Source: Thermotogota bacterium | GTDB lineage: Bacteria; Bipolaricaulota; Bipolaricaulia; UBA7950; UBA9294 | DNA length: 9,305 nucleotides | Assembly (NCBI GenBank): GCA_039679545.1 | Contig: JBDKUT010000118.1 | Location: 1 to 9,305 of the forward strand | Reading direction: 5' to 3' | Shown here: positions 6,385 through 9,305 of the stretch, in pieces | Layout: each line of letters opens with the position of its first letter | Numbering within the stretch: the stretch's first letter is position 1 | Notes under the pieces: model-generated | Database searches by the model: none | The model's input: only the letters and a program-made list of their open reading frames with translations | Told to the model about the DNA's origin: nothing | Program-made: the position numbers and the translations under genes

Positions 6385-9303
6385 CTAGGGAAGGATCGTA
6401 ACAGGGATCAGGATGGCCTTCCCCTCCCCGTAGACGACCCAGATCAGGTGCTCGCCCGGCTTCAGGCTCGCGGTGTCGATGGTCAGCCAGCAGACGCCGC
6501 CGACACTCCGCGTGGAGAAGGAGTACGTCGACGGAGACTCCGAGACGGCGCCACCTCCTCCGGCCACGTCCGCGTCGCTTGGATGAGTCACGCTGATCCA
6601 CGGCCACCCGAACTCACGCCGCTCCCGCGATGTGAGATCGAGACTCACCTCGACGGATCGCCCGCTGTGGATGCTGACGGGGGTGAGCTTCACCAGCGAC
6701 GACAAGAGCGCGATCGCCTGTGAGTTCCCCTTGTCCGACGTCGCGGAAAGCGGGACGCCGTTCGCGTCGAGTCCGTAGGTTAGGATGCCGACGTTGGTGT
6801 GCCAGTTCTCTGCCACGTCCGGGCCGAGCGCGTCGGTTCTCTCCATCGTCCCGAACGTCGCGGCGTCACCGGCCGGCCAGCGTCCGTCGTCCGATCGGAA
6901 TGCGTTCGCTGTGTCAACGACGGTTCCGGTCGCGTCCACGAGCTCAACCACGGCCCCGCCGTCCGGAAGTTCCATCGAGTACGGTTGGACGCTGTCGTAG
7001 ACGACGTCTGCGTCGACGTTGCTGACGGTCTCGTCGCTCAACCGCTCGAGCAGAAGGTAGCTTCCGTCGTCGTCCTGCGGCAGAGCGATGACCAGCCAAG
7101 AGAAGTCGTCCGTGTCTCGCTTGACGAACCGAACGTTTGGGCCCGCATCGACGGACGTGAGTGCGCAAGCCGAGGTTCCCGCGGCCTCGAGAGTCCCTGA
7201 GAGTGCGACCGTCTTCCACTCGTAGTCGCCCGGCTCGACGGGGCTCTTCTTGCGCCAGCGGAGGACCCAATCCGTCAAGTCGACCGGCGCGGACCCCACG
7301 TTCCGGAGCTCAATCCACTCGTCCGCCGGGTTCGCTTCCGTGCCCGCCCAGGCGATCTCGTTGATGATGACCTTGCCCGTGCAGGCGTCCGCCGAACCTC
7401 CTCCACCGCCCGGTCCTTCGATGATGTCGACGTCAACGGAGTCGCGGTTGTTGGATTCATCCGGGTCGACGAGATCGCTTCGCGTGACTTCCGCCTCGTT
7501 CGTGATCGTGAGTCCCGCCGTCCCGTCGTTCGGAACGACGGTGATCTGCAGGGTTGCCGACGCATACACAGCGAGCGACCCAACGACCCACACGCCGGAG
7601 TTCCGATCGTACGTTCCCCGTCCATCGTCCGACACGTACGTGATCCCGAGCGGCAGAACGTCGGTCAGCTCCACCCCCGTCGCGGCGTCCGGTCCGAGGT
7701 TCGTGACGGTAATCGTGTACACGAACTCCTCGTCTTCCATCGGCGTCGCGTTGCTGGTCGCCTTGTCGACCGCGAGGTCAGCGGCGACGACGTCAAGCAC
7801 GGCGTCATCGCGGTTGTTGGCGTCGTTCGGATCGAACGGAGAGGACTCGGCGATCTCGGCCACGTTCACGATGGTCCAACCCAGCGTTCCCGCCGCGACG
7901 GTCGCCGTGATGTGCAGCGTTCGAATCTCCCCCACCGCCAGAGCGCCGATTGTCCACAGGTTCGTACCGGTGCTGTAGGCGCCGGCGCCGTCGTCCGAGA
8001 CGTAAAGGAGTCCGATCGGAAGAGCGTCCGCGAGCGATGAACTCGTCGCATCGGACGGCCCAAGGTTCGTCACGGCGACGGTGTAGACGATGGTCTGTCC
8101 CTCGCCCGGCGTCGCGTCGTCGACGTCTTTCTGCACGACAAGGTCGGCCAGCGGCACCACGACGACCACATTGTCGTCGTCGTCTTCGTGGGAGGCCGTG
8201 GCGTTGGCGGGAACCGAGTCCGTGTCCGGCTCGCCGGCGCTCTCGACTTCGGCCGGGTTGTCGCGCTCGCCGCTCGGGAGGATCAGGGCGTTGATCTCGA
8301 GGGTCAGGCTTCCACCTGCCGCGAGATCGCCTACCGTCCACGTTCCGGTTGCGCCGTTGTAGGAGGTGCCCGTCGGCGCGTTGGCCGAGACGAACTGGAA
8401 TCCGCTGCCTAGGTTGTTCTGGACCACAACACCCGTCGCGTCTGCCGCGCCGGGCGCGTTCTCCAGCTGAATCGCCAGCACGACAACATCCCCAACGTTG
8501 GGTGTGCTGTTGCTCACGGTCTCAGTCAAGGAAAGGTCAATCAACGCGAGGAGCGGCACGGTGTGATCGTCGCTCGTCGGGTCGGTCTCGTCGCTGTCCG
8601 CGGTCGCCGTGTTCACCAGCGGGCCGGGGAGGTCTGACAACGCGACCGGGCCGTACGCCACGTTGATCGTGCTGCTGGCTCCGACGTTGAGAGTTCCAAT
8701 CGACTCATGGAGGCCGAGCATTGAGTCTACGACCGCTACGCCGTGCAGCGTGACGTTCCCGGTGTTGGTTACGACGATCTGGTACTCGACCATCCCTCCA
8801 ACCCTTACGGGCTCCGTGGTTCCGCTCTTCTCAATGGCGAGCCCGGGCGATTGCACGAACGTGACGGTCTCGTCGTCCGTGTCCGTAACGTTCGGGCCGC
8901 TCGGCGGCGTCCCCGTCGCCGTCGCTGTGTTGTGGATCGAGCCGGCGTCGACGTCGGCTTGCGTCACCACGTGCGTCGCTGTCCCCATCGTCGACGCGCT
9001 CGGAGCAAGCGTTGTCGCAGCCAGCGTGATCCCGCCGAGCTTGTCATCGCTGACGTGGATGCTCGTTAGGGTCACGTTCCCTGTGTTCGTCACCGCGTAC
9101 GTGTAGGTCACCGTCGAGCCCACGACGAACGGACCCGCCGACGCCGTCTTCACGAGGTCGATGGCAGGAGATTGTACGAGGGTGACCGTCTCGTCGTCGG
9201 TATCGGTGACGTTCGGCCCGCTCGGCGGCGTCCCCGTTGCGGTCGCTGTGTTGTGGATCGAGCCGGCGTCGACGTCGGCCTGCGTGACGACGTGTGTCTT
9301 CGT
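6385..9303 (-). CDS. Large extracellular/surface protein with tandem DUF7507/DUF11-type repeats and a lamin-tail domain (5'-truncated, more than 970 aa)
   Basis: The frame stays open upstream of the ORF-track GTG (9153) to the window edge (TKTHVVTQADVDAGSIHN...). Repeats have YxxxVTNTGNVTL and ADLxVxK...YTxxVTNLGPxxAT...DxLPxGxxYVS signatures. A GPGGGGGS linker (7416-7393) precedes VIINEIAWAG...DEWIELRN...VDLTDWVL (lamin-tail domain, about 7374-6721). Thr/Val/Asp-rich, acidic composition. Confidence 0.9.
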   Translation of the reverse strand, partial: TKTHVVTQADVDAGSIHNTATATGTPPSGPNVTDTDDETVTLVQSPAIDLVKTASAGPFVVGSTVTYTYAVTNTGNVTLTSIHVSDDKLGGITLAATTLAPSASTMGTATHVVTQADVDAGSIHNTATATGTPPSGPNVTDTDDETVTFVQSPGLAIEKSGTTEPVRVGGMVEYQIVVTNTGNVTLHGVAVVDSMLGLHESIGTLNVGASSTINVAYGPVALSDLPGPLVNTATADSDETDPTSDDHTVPLLALIDLSLTETVSNSTPNVGDVVVLAIQLENAPGAADATGVVVQNNLGSGFQFVSANAPTGTSYNGATGTWTVGDLAAGGSLTLEINALILPSGERDNPAEVESAGEPDTDSVPANATASHEDDDDNVVVVVPLADLVVQKDVDDATPGEGQTIVYTVAVTNLGPSDATSSSLADALPIGLLYVSDDGAGAYSTGTNLWTIGALAVGEIRTLHITATVAAGTLGWTIVNVAEIAESSPFDPNDANNRDDAVLDVVAADLAVDKATSNATPMEDEEFVYTITVTNLGPDAATGVELTDVLPLGITYVSDDGRGTYDRNSGVWVVGSLAVYASATLQITVVPNDGTAGLTITNEAEVTRSDLVDPDESNNRDSVDVDIIEGPGGGGGSADACTGKVIINEIAWAGTEANPADEWIELRNVGSAPVDLTDWVLRWRKKSPVEPGDYEWKTVALSGTLEAAGTSACALTSVDAGPNVRFVKRDTDDFSWLVIALPQDDDGSYLLLERLSDETVSNVDADVVYDSVQPYSMELPDGGAVVELVDATGTVVDTANAFRSDDGRWPAGDAATFGTMERTDALGPDVAENWHTNVGILTYGLDANGVPLSATSDKGNSQAIALLSSLVKLTPVSIHSGRSVEVSLDLTSRERREFGWPWISVTHPSDADVAGGGGAVSESPSTYSFSTRSVGGVCWLTIDTASLKPGEHLIWVVYGEGKAILIPVTILP
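7417..9303 (-). repeat. Array of at least 6 Ig-like repeat domains within the surface protein
   Basis: Approximate units: R0 partial (9303-9169), R1 9168-8848 and R2 8847-8545 (TNTGNVTL type), then R3 8544-8152, R4 8151-7783 and R5 7782-7417 (DUF11 type). R0 and R1 share a 117-bp DNA repeat at a 321-bp offset (9181-9297 vs 8860-8976). Confidence 0.85.
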
Positions 9304-9305
9304 CC

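Noticed and set aside
9151..9153. GTG at 9153 as the start of the surface protein
   Set aside because: The frame is open to the window edge and encodes another repeat upstream. No signal peptide follows this GTG.
8860..9297. 117-bp imperfect repeat pair as a possible DGR template/variable repeat or CRISPR-like repeat
   Set aside because: The mismatches are synonymous and mostly G/C swaps rather than adenine-specific. Both copies are in frame in one protein, and no reverse transcriptase or cas gene is visible.

Overview
GC-rich bacterial chromosomal window, densely coding, with no mobile element, CRISPR array or RNA gene that I can support. Almost everything is on the minus strand. In transcription order: (1) the 3' part of a large repetitive surface protein (tandem DUF7507/DUF11-type Ig-like repeats, a Gly linker, a lamin-tail domain with an insertion, and an unassigned C-terminal beta domain), followed by a strong intrinsic terminator; (2) a cluster encoding a DAK2(FakA-like)-DegV(FakB-like) fusion, PlsY, FtsH, Dxr and a DUF59/SufT-like protein; (3) on the plus strand, the 3' end of a MurJ-like flippase whose stop overlaps the DUF59 gene convergently. 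Most genes are housekeeping envelope and lipid genes. The points most worth following up are the single-chain fatty-acid-kinase fusion next to plsY, a candidate isopeptide Lys/Asp/Asn triad in the surface-protein repeats that is degenerate in one repeat, a possible C-terminal sorting domain, and a near-leaderless promoter built into the terminator tail. I cannot claim a wholly new system from sequence alone. All family assignments come from motif recognition, not database searches.
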